Below are positions 26,961 to 36,808 of a DNA stretch of 38,054 nucleotides, one piece after another (the stretch's first letter is position 1; each line of letters begins with the position of its first letter). The notes under the pieces were generated by a model. It saw only the letters and a list, made by a program, of their open reading frames with translations. It had not been told where the DNA came from and did no database searches. The DNA lies in sequence record SRR22947725_1700; one strand, given 5' to 3'. The translations under genes and the position numbers were made by a program.

Positions 26961-27593
26961 ATGAAAAGCGCCTCCGGCATCATCAAGAAAATCATCATAC
27001 TCTTAATACTCCTCTGCATTGTTGGGGTAGGCTTTTATATTTACACAAACAAAGAGGCACAGTCGGCCATCAAAGATGCAAAATGGATTTATGATAACCG
27101 AGATCCACAATTGTATGAAGGTGAAGAGTGGCTGGACGGTGAGATTGTTAAGGTGTTGGATGGGAATTGGGTCTATGTGAAAATTCCTGAAGGGTTTGTA
27201 TATGGATTGCGAATACGAGGATTGGAAGCTCCCACCCTTGCCGTTTTGTTGGGAGACGATACTCTGAGGATGGGTAAAGAATCGCAGACCTTCCTCGAAG
27301 AACTTGCGCTTCGTAAAAAAATACGGTTTCAAGCCATCGACATGAATGACTCTCGATATGGTCATGGATACATAGAATTTCAGGGAAAGTCCATCGTGTT
27401 ACCAATGGTCAAGGCAGGGATGGCAAAACTCAAGCGAACCGAGATCACTCACTTTTCGGACGAGGAACTCTGGGAATTGCTCCAGATTGAGCGGGAGGCA
27501 GTAAAGTCGGGGGTAGGCATCTGGGATCCCTCCCTCATCCTTGATTGGACCATGGGTGACTTCAGTTCAGATTCAACAACGCCAGGGCTCTAA
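26961..27593 (+). CDS. Membrane-anchored thermonuclease (SNase)-fold protein with degenerate active site
   Basis: An N-terminal TM helix, then VKVLDGN, RIRGLEAP, MVKAGMA and EREA...GVGIW, matching SNase secondary motifs. Confidence 0.7.
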   Translation: MKSASGIIKKIIILLILLCIVGVGFYIYTNKEAQSAIKDAKWIYDNRDPQLYEGEEWLDGEIVKVLDGNWVYVKIPEGFVYGLRIRGLEAPTLAVLLGDDTLRMGKESQTFLEELALRKKIRFQAIDMNDSRYGHGYIEFQGKSIVLPMVKAGMAKLKRTEITHFSDEELWELLQIEREAVKSGVGIWDPSLILDWTMGDFSSDSTTPGL

Positions 27594-27669
27594 ACATCAG
27601 CGATTTCGCAGCCTTTTCAGCTACTGCGAACAAAGAGATCCTGTTGTTTCAGCATTGCTGGGTTAGGCT

Positions 27670-29694
27670 TTACCGAAGTTCTTTCCACAAAAAAGTGTGA
27701 ATCATGGCTTCGACAAATGCTCGCTGAGGATTATCCGAGGCTCCTCCGTGACCGCCTTCCATGTTTTCATAGTAAAGAACATCGTGGCCTTGATTCGTCA
27801 TTTTGGCGACCATTTTACGTGCATGTCCAGGATGTACTCGGTCATCTCTTGTGGAGGTAGTAAAAAGTACCCTAGGATATTTCATACCGCTTTCCACCAA
27901 TTGATAAGGTGAATATTTTTGTAAAAACGCCCACTCCTCGGGAAGGTCAGGGTTCCCGTATTCTCCCATCCAGCTGGCACCGGCCAGGAGTTTATTGAAT
28001 CGCTTCATGTCCAATAGTGGAACTTGACAAACCACGGCCTTGAACAAGTCGGGACGTTGAACAATCATGTTTCCCATCAGAAGGCCGCCATTTGATCCAC
28101 CACGAATACCCAGATGCCCAGGAGTCGTTACCTTTCGTTCGATCAGATGTTCTGCGATGGCTATGAAATCATCGTAGGCACGCTGGCGATTTTCCTTAAG
28201 CGCTGCTTGATGCCAGCGCGGACCGAACTCACCACCCCCTCTGATATTGGCAAGCACATACACACCCCCGTTCTCAAGCCAACTAATACCTGTGGTGGCT
28301 CGGTAACTGGAAAGCATAGAAATTTCAAAGCCACCATAACCATAAAGGAGGGTTGGGTTTTGGCCATTCAAGGCCATACCTTCTTTGCTGACCATGAAGT
28401 AAGGCACTCTTGTGCCATCTTTGGAAATCGCCTCCATTTGATCAATTTTCAGTCCTTTGGTAGCGAAAAATCCTGGTTGGGATTTGATGAGGCGCTGATC
28501 GCCAGTATGCAGACTTCCAAGATAAAGGCTGGCTGGCGTCAAAAAATCCGTCACGGTCATCCAGTAATCATCGGAAGTTTCCGAATCCACACCCCAGGCA
28601 GTCACCGTTCCTAATCCGGGAGAGTTCAGATCCTCTTGAATCCACCGATCTCCTTCTTTTCTGACGCTGATCAACCGGTTTCGGACATTGTCCAGCACAT
28701 TGATGAGTAAATAGTTTTTCGTGGAAGAAAAATCATCAAGCGAGGTGCGTTTGCCTGGGGAAAAGAGAACTGATAAGTCTCTTTTCCCATCAAGGTAGGC
28801 AGTTAATTCAGAAGCAAGCAGAGAACCTGCCTTGTAAGTTTGATTCGGTGTAACCCAATCCTTGCGCAATGTAAGTAGAATATGATTCTTGAAAAAACTG
28901 ACCTCAGCGCCGTCCGGTTTGTCAATGCGAACCCAATCCGTACCTTTCCTGATAAAGGACTCGTTGGTCCAGAATGTGGTTGACCTTTGAATGAGCTCAT
29001 GGCGGTTGCCGTGGTCATGGACGACATAAGCTCCCACCGAAACGTCGGTTTGTTTGCCGACAAAGGTGAGTTTGGCATCTTTCAGTGATTGACCTCGATT
29101 CCAGAGCTTGATCAACCTTGGATAGCCAGAGTCGGTCATGGAATCATTACCAAAATCAGTGCCCACATACACCGTGTCTTCGTTGATCCAGCTTACTCTT
29201 GATTTTGCCTCAGGCAGAATGAATCCATCTTCTATCAACGATTTTGTGGATAAATCAAATTCACGTATGACGGTTGCATCAGCGCCTCCCCGTGAAAGAC
29301 GCAATAGGCACCTTTTAAAATCTGTTCTGCGTATCGTTGCACCTTTCCAGACCCAGTTTTCACCTTCAATATCGCTTAACTTATCGAGATCCAGAACTGT
29401 TTCCCATGACGGATCCTCTTTCAGGTATTCCTCCATGGTGGTGCGTCGCCAAATTCCTTTCGGATGGGCATCGTCGCGCCAGAAATTATAGAGCTTTTCA
29501 CCGTAAAGAGTAACGCCAGGGATGCGTTTCTTGGAATCCAGAGCGGCCAGTAGTCTTTTTTCGAGTATCTCGAAACCGGTTTCGGCAGTCAGCTCGTCCT
29601 TGCTAAGCTGGTTGAGCGATTTCGCCCATTCAATTGCTTTCTCAGATTCTACTTCCTCCAGCCACAAATACGGGTCTTTATCCACTTCACTCAT
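27670..29694 (-). CDS. Prolyl oligopeptidase (S9A serine peptidase)
   Basis: DPYLWLE, YGYGGF, NIRGGGEFG and the triad motifs GGSNGG / DDRV / GGH. Confidence 0.95.
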   Translation of the reverse strand: MSEVDKDPYLWLEEVESEKAIEWAKSLNQLSKDELTAETGFEILEKRLLAALDSKKRIPGVTLYGEKLYNFWRDDAHPKGIWRRTTMEEYLKEDPSWETVLDLDKLSDIEGENWVWKGATIRRTDFKRCLLRLSRGGADATVIREFDLSTKSLIEDGFILPEAKSRVSWINEDTVYVGTDFGNDSMTDSGYPRLIKLWNRGQSLKDAKLTFVGKQTDVSVGAYVVHDHGNRHELIQRSTTFWTNESFIRKGTDWVRIDKPDGAEVSFFKNHILLTLRKDWVTPNQTYKAGSLLASELTAYLDGKRDLSVLFSPGKRTSLDDFSSTKNYLLINVLDNVRNRLISVRKEGDRWIQEDLNSPGLGTVTAWGVDSETSDDYWMTVTDFLTPASLYLGSLHTGDQRLIKSQPGFFATKGLKIDQMEAISKDGTRVPYFMVSKEGMALNGQNPTLLYGYGGFEISMLSSYRATTGISWLENGGVYVLANIRGGGEFGPRWHQAALKENRQRAYDDFIAIAEHLIERKVTTPGHLGIRGGSNGGLLMGNMIVQRPDLFKAVVCQVPLLDMKRFNKLLAGASWMGEYGNPDLPEEWAFLQKYSPYQLVESGMKYPRVLFTTSTRDDRVHPGHARKMVAKMTNQGHDVLYYENMEGGHGGASDNPQRAFVEAMIHTFLWKELR

Positions 29695-29841
29695 TTCAGG
29701 AGCATGCTGTGCGAGCGTTATCTGTCAATTGATCTTTGCCCCTTGCAAGTGATGATTTCGTTGGAGAGTCATGAGTTAGTGAACACTTTTATCTGGTGTT
29801 CATCAGACTTAGTTTTTATCTCTAATGGCAGGGTAAATAAT

Positions 29842-31407
29842 ATGACAGACTCGACGGACACATTGGATGAATTGCTGACATGCAGGCTGGGTGCTGGGAA
29901 AAGGGACGTTCAGCCCTGCACAATTGTGATTTTTGGTGCCAGTGGGGATCTTACATCACGCAAGCTTATTCCCGCTCTCTATCATTTGTATAAGGAGAAA
30001 CAATTGCCTCAACCTTTTCGAATCCTCGGATTTGCCAGGCGCGACAAATCTGACGACTCCTGGCGCGCTGAGCTTTTGGAAGGGCTGAAAAAATACTCGC
30101 GAAGCAAGAGTGTGGACTTGGCATTATGGGCTCAGTTTGCTGAAACTATTTTTTATCACCGAGGTGATTTGAGCGATTTAGAGGCCTACAAATCGCTCAA
30201 GATTTCCCTGGATCAAGCTGAGGATGATCGTTTGAAGAAGAATCTCCTGTTCTATCTGGCCATTTCCCCCAGTCAGTTCTCAGAAGCTGTCCAGCACCTC
30301 AGTGAGGCAAGGCTCTTGTCCAAGGAAGAAACAGGTGACCATTGGCAGCGAATCGTTGTTGAAAAGCCTTTCGGACATGACGGACCGTCCGCTCACGAAC
30401 TGAATGAGAGTCTTACTCATCACGCACATGAACGTCAGATTTACCGTATTGATCATTACCTCGGCAAAGAGACGGTTCAGAATATCATGGTGTTTCGTTT
30501 CTCTAATTTCATCTTCGAGGAACTTTGGACGAGGCAATCCATTGACCATATTCAAATCACCGTGAGTGAAAAGCTCGGGGTCGGCTCACGTGGAGGATAC
30601 TATGAAGAAGCTGGTGCACTTCGTGATATGGTACAGAACCACCTCCTTCAGGTCATGTCTCTCATTGCGATGGAACCCCCGGTTTCTTTGGATGATGAAT
30701 CCATTCGTGATGAAAAAGTAAAACTTCTTCAGAGTATTCGTCCGATGACGGAGGAGGATGTCGCGAAACGTGTTGTCCGAGGGCAATATTTTGCGGGAAT
30801 GATGGACGGTGAGATGCGCCCTGCCTACCGGCAGGAACAAAAAGTGTCCCCTACATCCAACGTGGAAACCTATGCCGCCATGAAGTTATTTGTGGATAAC
30901 TGGCGTTGGTCTGGTGTGCCTTTCTACCTGCGAACTGGAAAAAATTTACCTTTGAGTGCCAGTGAGGTTCGTGTTCAGTTCCGTCCTGTGCCGAATGTGC
31001 TTTTTGCTGCCCAATGTCAACATAACCTTGATTCCAATGCGCTCACATTGAGGTTGCAACCTAACGAGGGGATCAACCTACGATTCAATGGCAAGGTCCC
31101 CGGTAACAGTTCCGAATTGCGGCCAGTGAGCATGCAGTTCAGTTATGATACGGAATTTGGCGCCTACACTCCAGAGGCTTACGAACGATTGCTTCTGGAA
31201 GCCGTAGCAGGGGATGCCACCCTTTTTATCCGTCGTGATGAGGTCGAGGCGGCCTGGAAGGTTGTGGATACCATTCGAAAGGCATGGAAGGACAAGCCAT
31301 TGAGTAATCGCGAGTTTTATTCCGCTGGAACCTGGGGTCCTGAAGCTGCTGATGAATTATTGGGGCGCTCTGGTCATAGGTGGAGAAATCCTGTGATCCA
31401 CTCTTAA
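29842..31407 (+). CDS. zwf: Glucose-6-phosphate 1-dehydrogenase
   Basis: IFGASGDL, EKPFG, RIDHYLGKE, DMVQNH and WRWSGVPFYLRTGK. The likely start is MTDSTD at 29842. Confidence 0.97.
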   Translation: MTDSTDTLDELLTCRLGAGKRDVQPCTIVIFGASGDLTSRKLIPALYHLYKEKQLPQPFRILGFARRDKSDDSWRAELLEGLKKYSRSKSVDLALWAQFAETIFYHRGDLSDLEAYKSLKISLDQAEDDRLKKNLLFYLAISPSQFSEAVQHLSEARLLSKEETGDHWQRIVVEKPFGHDGPSAHELNESLTHHAHERQIYRIDHYLGKETVQNIMVFRFSNFIFEELWTRQSIDHIQITVSEKLGVGSRGGYYEEAGALRDMVQNHLLQVMSLIAMEPPVSLDDESIRDEKVKLLQSIRPMTEEDVAKRVVRGQYFAGMMDGEMRPAYRQEQKVSPTSNVETYAAMKLFVDNWRWSGVPFYLRTGKNLPLSASEVRVQFRPVPNVLFAAQCQHNLDSNALTLRLQPNEGINLRFNGKVPGNSSELRPVSMQFSYDTEFGAYTPEAYERLLLEAVAGDATLFIRRDEVEAAWKVVDTIRKAWKDKPLSNREFYSAGTWGPEAADELLGRSGHRWRNPVIHS

Positions 31408-31449
31408 GTGCAAAGATCAATCAACACTCAGCTGCATCAAAACTACCTC

Positions 31450-32187
31450 ATGAAAGAACTTCGATATCGTGCTCAAGTTTTCAAAAACCCTGCGTATCTG
31501 GTTTCTGCAGCGGCGCGCCAATGGCTCGAGGCAGTAAAAGTTCTGAAAGACAATCAGCCATTCAACGTTGCTCTTTCCGGTGGTCGAATAGCGGCTCCAT
31601 TCCTTCAGGAAGCTTCGGCACTGTTTGGCAAATCGCCAGCTCTTCTGAAACGACTCAATGTTTTTTGGGCAGATGAACGTTGTGTTGGTCCAGAGCATCC
31701 AGATAGTAACCATGCGATGTTTCAGGAAAACTTTGCAAATCCAGTTTCATTCCCCGATTCGAGGGTTTTCAGGTTTCGAGGTGAAGACGATCCAGACAAA
31801 GCCGCCAAATCAATGGCATCCACATTGAAAGTCAAACTTCCCTTGAATTCAAGAGGTGTGCCTACATTTGATCTTATCTTTCTAGGTATGGGGGAGGATG
31901 GGCATGTGGCGTCTCTTTTTCCCGAGAATATGGCAGAAGACCTCACGCGCCCTGATCGTCACGTGTTTCAAGTTGTCGCTTCCAAACCACCTCCACAAAG
32001 ACTTACTTTATCTTACGATGTTCTGGAAGCATCCAAGCATGTGTGGGCCCTCATCAGTGGCGCCGGAAAAGAAACAGCCTTGCGGGAATCCATTGGACAC
32101 CACGGGCAAACTCCATTTGCCCGTGTCATTCAAACTAGAGTTCACACCGAAATATTGACGGATATAGCCATCAATGATCATGTTTGA
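31450..32187 (+). CDS. pgl: 6-phosphogluconolactonase
   Basis: ALSGG, FWADERCV..HPDSN, LGMGEDGHVASLFP and KPPPQRLTL. It lies directly after zwf. Confidence 0.95.
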   Translation: MKELRYRAQVFKNPAYLVSAAARQWLEAVKVLKDNQPFNVALSGGRIAAPFLQEASALFGKSPALLKRLNVFWADERCVGPEHPDSNHAMFQENFANPVSFPDSRVFRFRGEDDPDKAAKSMASTLKVKLPLNSRGVPTFDLIFLGMGEDGHVASLFPENMAEDLTRPDRHVFQVVASKPPPQRLTLSYDVLEASKHVWALISGAGKETALRESIGHHGQTPFARVIQTRVHTEILTDIAINDHV

Positions 32188-32324
32188 ATTCGTTTCATAG
32201 GCTCAGCCAGTCAGGAAATAGAAAAAACAGAAGTCACCCAATTAATCTGCTTCCCAGGTCTGGTGTTTTTTGACTCAAGATAACTGCATAAATCTTGGAA
32301 TAGCGGCTGAAATGAGATAGATTC

Positions 32325-35300
32325 ATGCAATCTATGGATCCTCAATTCAACATTCGACGGGTAATCGGTTTGCTTTTAGTACTGTCTTTGTGTGTTGCTC
32401 AAGCTGCGGGCCGTCAGCTGACTGGAGGGCACGCACCTGCGTCCTCCGTTCCCATTCCTCCTGAAAATGCCGCTTCGACCTTCACTGTTCCTGAAGGTTT
32501 TGAGATGAGACTGTTCGCAGCGGAACCCGACGTAGTGAATCCTGTTGCGATGGATTGGGATGAGCGTGGCAGATTGTACGTGCTGGAACTTTTTGAATAT
32601 CCTCTGGGTGCCAAGCGCGGTGAAAAGCCGAGAGATCGTATCCGTATTCTGGAGGACACGGACGCTGATGGTCGAGCGGACAAATCTACTTTGTTTGCCG
32701 ATGGTCTGAACCTGGCCACAGGTTTGTTGTTGGGAAATGGTGGTGTCTATGTAGGGCAAGCACCCTACTTGCTGTTCCTTGAAGATACCAATGGAGATGA
32801 TCGTGCCGATAAACGGACTACCCTTCTGGGTGGGTTCGGATTGGAAGATAGACATGAGCTTTTGAATGGATTTGCCTGGGGGCCCGATGGATGGCTATAT
32901 ATGACACAGGGCGTTTTCACTCATTCTAAAGTGAAGGACCCTGAACACCCAGAACGCCCTGAAGTCATCATGAATGCTGCTGTCGGGCGTTTCCATCCGG
33001 ATACAAAAGCGTTCGAAGTCTTTGCTGATGGTGCCTCCAATCAGTGGCATGTTGATTTCGACCGTTTTGGAAATGCATTTGTCAGTGCATGTGTGATTGA
33101 CCATTTATTCCACATGGCACCCGGGGGGCTTTATACCCGTCAAGCGGGACGACCTGAGCATGCCTATAGCTACGAACTTCTGCCGTCTATTGTAGACCAT
33201 AAACATTACCGCGCTGCTTATTGTGGCATATCAATCTACCAAGGGAACCAATACCCGCAATCCTATCAAGGTCGCGTGCTCATGGGGAATATTCATGAGA
33301 ATGCTGTCAATATGGATCGTTTGGAGCGCGATGGTTCGTCTTTTAAAGCCCATGCATTGGATAACTTTGTTGAATCAACCGATGGTTGGTTTCGTGCTGT
33401 GAGTGAGCAAATTGGGCCTGATGGCACTGTCTGGATCGCTGATTGGTATGACAAATATCCATGCTATCAAAACGCTAACGCAGATCCCGAGGGTGTGGAT
33501 CGTCAGTATGGACGCATCTGGCGTGTGGCATATGTGGGGGATCAGCCTGATAAACCACTGCCCAGCAGACCTGCAGTCAACATGAATCTCGCTCTCAAAA
33601 GCAGTCAAGATCTCATTGGTTTATTAGCTCATTCAAACGTATGGCATCGGGAAACCGCTCAACGTTTGCTCAACGAACGAAAAGACAATCATACTCAAAA
33701 AAGTCTAGTAAAATTGATGGAAACTGGCGATTCCATTGAGTCACGACTTACGGCACTCTGGACTTTGCACGGCGCTGGATTAATTGATGAATCCATCCTC
33801 AAAAAAGCAGAAGAAGATGGGCATTTTGCGATCCGAAGCTGGGCAGCACGCCTCACTGGTGAGCGACGTTCATCAGACCTGCAGGCATTGGCTAGATTGC
33901 AACGGCTTGCCGAAGATCGCCATCCCTCCGTGAGAAATGCAGTGGCAACGGCCTTGAGGCAATACAGCTCCGGAGCCTTGACTGTGAACCGTCCATCTCG
34001 AGTCAATGTGTCATTATCTGATTTGGGCCCGATATTTGCGAGCTTGATTCAGGCTTCCGCAGCAGAAGAAGATCCGCTTATTCCATTCATGACCTGGATG
34101 GCATTGGAACCTTGGATGACTGAAGCACACGAGGTAATTTTAAGCTGGCTGGTTAGCAATGGAGAATCCACAAAACCCCTCAGTCAGAAAATACTTTATA
34201 AAACCATGCGACGGCTCTGTGATCAGGCTGATGCAGGTGTCATGGGGGCGGCGGCTGAAGCGTTGTCTGATCTGTTGTCAGGCGACCGCGAGCTCTTGTT
34301 GAGTGGTTTGGATGGTTTGATTGACGGTCAAAAACTCACCAAAACCTTGCCTGCTGGAAATGGAAAAGCCTTACTTGTTCAGCTTTCAAAAGCAACGGAC
34401 CCCTCGTTGCGTCGACGTTACTGGCAGCTTGGCTCACTCTGGGGAGATGATGCTACTGTGGAGCAGTTGGCAGGGATTATATCGAATCCATCCACAAAAA
34501 AAGATGAATTGGGGTTAGCGATCGGTCTTGCGAGACAAATCAATCATCCGGAAATTATCAACGCATTGTTATTACGTATCGAGTCAGGAGCACAATCGGA
34601 CATGGTGAATGATGCCATTGAAGCTCTGGGGACACATCAGGATGCTCGTGTGCCTGATCTCCTGATTAACCTTTGGCCTGAGTTTGGTATGGCGCAAAAA
34701 CAGATCAGCACAGCAGTACTGGTATCCAGGCCAACGTGGTTGAATGCTTTTTTATCCGCCGTGGAATCCAGGAAGATTTTACCTGCTGAAGTGCCGACAT
34801 CCGTCATCCGGTCGTTGGCTAACCATCGAGATGATGACATCAAAGCGCGGGCGCAAAAAAGCATCGGCCGTTTCCGCGAACCCAATGCCAGTATGGACCG
34901 CTTGATTGATGAAAAAAGAAAAGTGGTTCTTGAGGGGGAACCGGATCCGGTCAACGGGCGTCAATTGACCGAAATGGTATGTCTGGTCTGTCACCAGCTT
35001 CATGGCAAGGGAGCAAATGTAGGCCCGGATCTGACAGGGGTAGGGCGATCTACTCTGGATGCCCTTCTGGCCAATGTGATCAATCCCAATCAGCTCATTG
35101 GGGCAGGTTATGAGAACACGGTCATCGAAACCAAAGACGAACGCAGTGTGAGTGGTCGTTTAGTGGAAGAAACGGATAGCTATGTCAAACTGCTTGCAGC
35201 CGGCCCACGCGAGGAGGTCATTTCCAAATCCGACATTCAAACACGCGCAATCACCGCAAATTCGGTGATGCCTGAGGGATTGGAGCAAATGGAAGATAAA

Positions 35301-35831
35301 GACTTCAGAGATATGATCTGGTTCATCCTGAATCCTCCAGAAGATCAAAGGCCCTTGACCGCTGCCTTGCGGCGTGAACTCGTGGGCGAAGCACCAGATA
35401 GTGTTCAACGCGATTACGAATCCATCAGTCTCTGGAACCCTGACTGGCAAGTTGAATCCTCAGAAAAGGGTAATGCTCCCTCTATTGAACCGGATTGGGA
35501 AGCTGCAAAAAACGTTTTGGTCACGCATCCTTTCTGGCATCAGCGTGGAGCTGCATTGCTGAGAAAAATAAATATACCTGCTCAGGGGAACACCTTCCTT
35601 CGGTTCAAGGTCGCCTCTGCGGCAGAAGGTCAATGGGTGCTGCGTGTGTTTGCGGACCTGAAGCTTGTTCAACGACATAGTGTTTCTCGTCAAAAAGGCG
35701 TATGGAACACGGTGGAAATCGACTTGACGCCATTTGCTGGAAAAGAAATTCCTATTCGCCTCGAAAATTATGCTTATGACATGAAGAACGACTTTGGATA
35801 CTGGGGGCCGATCAAGTTGATCACCAAGTAA
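32325..35831 (+). CDS. PVC-type heme-binding protein (dehydrogenase-like propeller + HEAT-like repeats + cytochrome c + extra C-terminal beta domain)
   Basis: Signal peptide, FAAEPDVVNPVAMDWDERG, two DxxxDGRAD-like repeats, GPDG...ADWYD, CLVCH, GPDLTG and SVMPEGL, followed by about 140 extra residues. Confidence 0.9.
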   Translation: MQSMDPQFNIRRVIGLLLVLSLCVAQAAGRQLTGGHAPASSVPIPPENAASTFTVPEGFEMRLFAAEPDVVNPVAMDWDERGRLYVLELFEYPLGAKRGEKPRDRIRILEDTDADGRADKSTLFADGLNLATGLLLGNGGVYVGQAPYLLFLEDTNGDDRADKRTTLLGGFGLEDRHELLNGFAWGPDGWLYMTQGVFTHSKVKDPEHPERPEVIMNAAVGRFHPDTKAFEVFADGASNQWHVDFDRFGNAFVSACVIDHLFHMAPGGLYTRQAGRPEHAYSYELLPSIVDHKHYRAAYCGISIYQGNQYPQSYQGRVLMGNIHENAVNMDRLERDGSSFKAHALDNFVESTDGWFRAVSEQIGPDGTVWIADWYDKYPCYQNANADPEGVDRQYGRIWRVAYVGDQPDKPLPSRPAVNMNLALKSSQDLIGLLAHSNVWHRETAQRLLNERKDNHTQKSLVKLMETGDSIESRLTALWTLHGAGLIDESILKKAEEDGHFAIRSWAARLTGERRSSDLQALARLQRLAEDRHPSVRNAVATALRQYSSGALTVNRPSRVNVSLSDLGPIFASLIQASAAEEDPLIPFMTWMALEPWMTEAHEVILSWLVSNGESTKPLSQKILYKTMRRLCDQADAGVMGAAAEALSDLLSGDRELLLSGLDGLIDGQKLTKTLPAGNGKALLVQLSKATDPSLRRRYWQLGSLWGDDATVEQLAGIISNPSTKKDELGLAIGLARQINHPEIINALLLRIESGAQSDMVNDAIEALGTHQDARVPDLLINLWPEFGMAQKQISTAVLVSRPTWLNAFLSAVESRKILPAEVPTSVIRSLANHRDDDIKARAQKSIGRFREPNASMDRLIDEKRKVVLEGEPDPVNGRQLTEMVCLVCHQLHGKGANVGPDLTGVGRSTLDALLANVINPNQLIGAGYENTVIETKDERSVSGRLVEETDSYVKLLAAGPREEVISKSDIQTRAITANSVMPEGLEQMEDKDFRDMIWFILNPPEDQRPLTAALRRELVGEAPDSVQRDYESISLWNPDWQVESSEKGNAPSIEPDWEAAKNVLVTHPFWHQRGAALLRKINIPAQGNTFLRFKVASAAEGQWVLRVFADLKLVQRHSVSRQKGVWNTVEIDLTPFAGKEIPIRLENYAYDMKNDFGYWGPIKLITK

Positions 35832-35845
35832 ATTGGCAAACCCGA

Positions 35846-36763
35846 TCAGGCCGGGAGTTGGAAACTCCCGGATTTCCATTCCTTCTCTATTTGAGTTTTG
35901 ATTTGTTTGCAGCCCAAACGTTGAAAACATTCCTTCACGGCTGGAAATTGTTCGGTCAGGATTCCGGCCAGAAGGAGATATCCGCCGGGTTTGAGGCGGT
36001 TGAGAATGGTTTCCGCGTGTGATTTCAGGAGGTCATGCATGAGATTGGCACAGACCAAGTCATATTTATTGCCTGTCTGTGGCTTCAATTTCGTCAGGTC
36101 ACTTCGAGATACCTGGATAAGGTCAGAGACATCATTGCTTTCGGCATTGTCACGCGTAACGGTCACTGAATCTGGATCAAAATCAAAGGCTTTCACTGGG
36201 ATGTATCCAAGCTTGGCAGCGGCGATAGCAAGGATACCTGAACCCGTGCCGACATCCAGAAGCGAGGGATGGCTCAGCTTGGATTGGAGGCGTTCGATTT
36301 CTTCAAGGCAAAATCGTGTTGTAGCGTGCTGCCCTGTGCCAAAGCTCAGCCCCGGATCCAGAACGATCAGTGATTGACTTTTCCGGGGCTTTCGACGGTT
36401 CCAGCTAGGCTTGATCAGCAGACGGCTACCTATCTCGAGAGGTTTGAAATGCCGTTTCCAGGATTCCTGCCAATCATTGGCTTTGATTTTGCGACATGTG
36501 GCCTTCCAATTCTGGTTTCTTGTTTCACCCGGAAAAAACTCCAGCACCTGCCGCTTGAGTTGGTGATTGCGCTCTCTGGACCATTGGGAGCGCTCTGTAA
36601 TAAACGCAGAAACAATGGCTGAATCACTTTCAAGTGGGCAATAAGCGGAGGCAGGTTGATCCAACAAGGCAGACAGCAATTCAGTGACCGGTTCATCCAG
36701 GCATTTCGGTACTTCAATGGAAATCTGCCAGACAGGGGTATCCTTAGTTGCTGCTGAAGACAT
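35846..36763 (-). CDS. prmA: Ribosomal protein L11 methyltransferase
   Basis: DWQESWKRHF, LDPGLSFGTGQHATT, LDVGTGSGIL, ANL and LAGIL. Start is 36763 or 36805. Confidence 0.95.
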   Translation of the reverse strand: MSSAATKDTPVWQISIEVPKCLDEPVTELLSALLDQPASAYCPLESDSAIVSAFITERSQWSRERNHQLKRQVLEFFPGETRNQNWKATCRKIKANDWQESWKRHFKPLEIGSRLLIKPSWNRRKPRKSQSLIVLDPGLSFGTGQHATTRFCLEEIERLQSKLSHPSLLDVGTGSGILAIAAAKLGYIPVKAFDFDPDSVTVTRDNAESNDVSDLIQVSRSDLTKLKPQTGNKYDLVCANLMHDLLKSHAETILNRLKPGGYLLLAGILTEQFPAVKECFQRLGCKQIKTQIEKEWKSGSFQLPA

Positions 36764-36808
36764 AGGAGATTGATTCGGATGGTTCAGGTCAATGATGACA
36801 CCCACTGT

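Noticed and set aside
27605-27630. TTCGCAG/CTGCGAA inverted repeat between convergent genes as a terminator
   Set aside because: It has only a 7-bp stem with a 12-nt loop and no clean U-tract.
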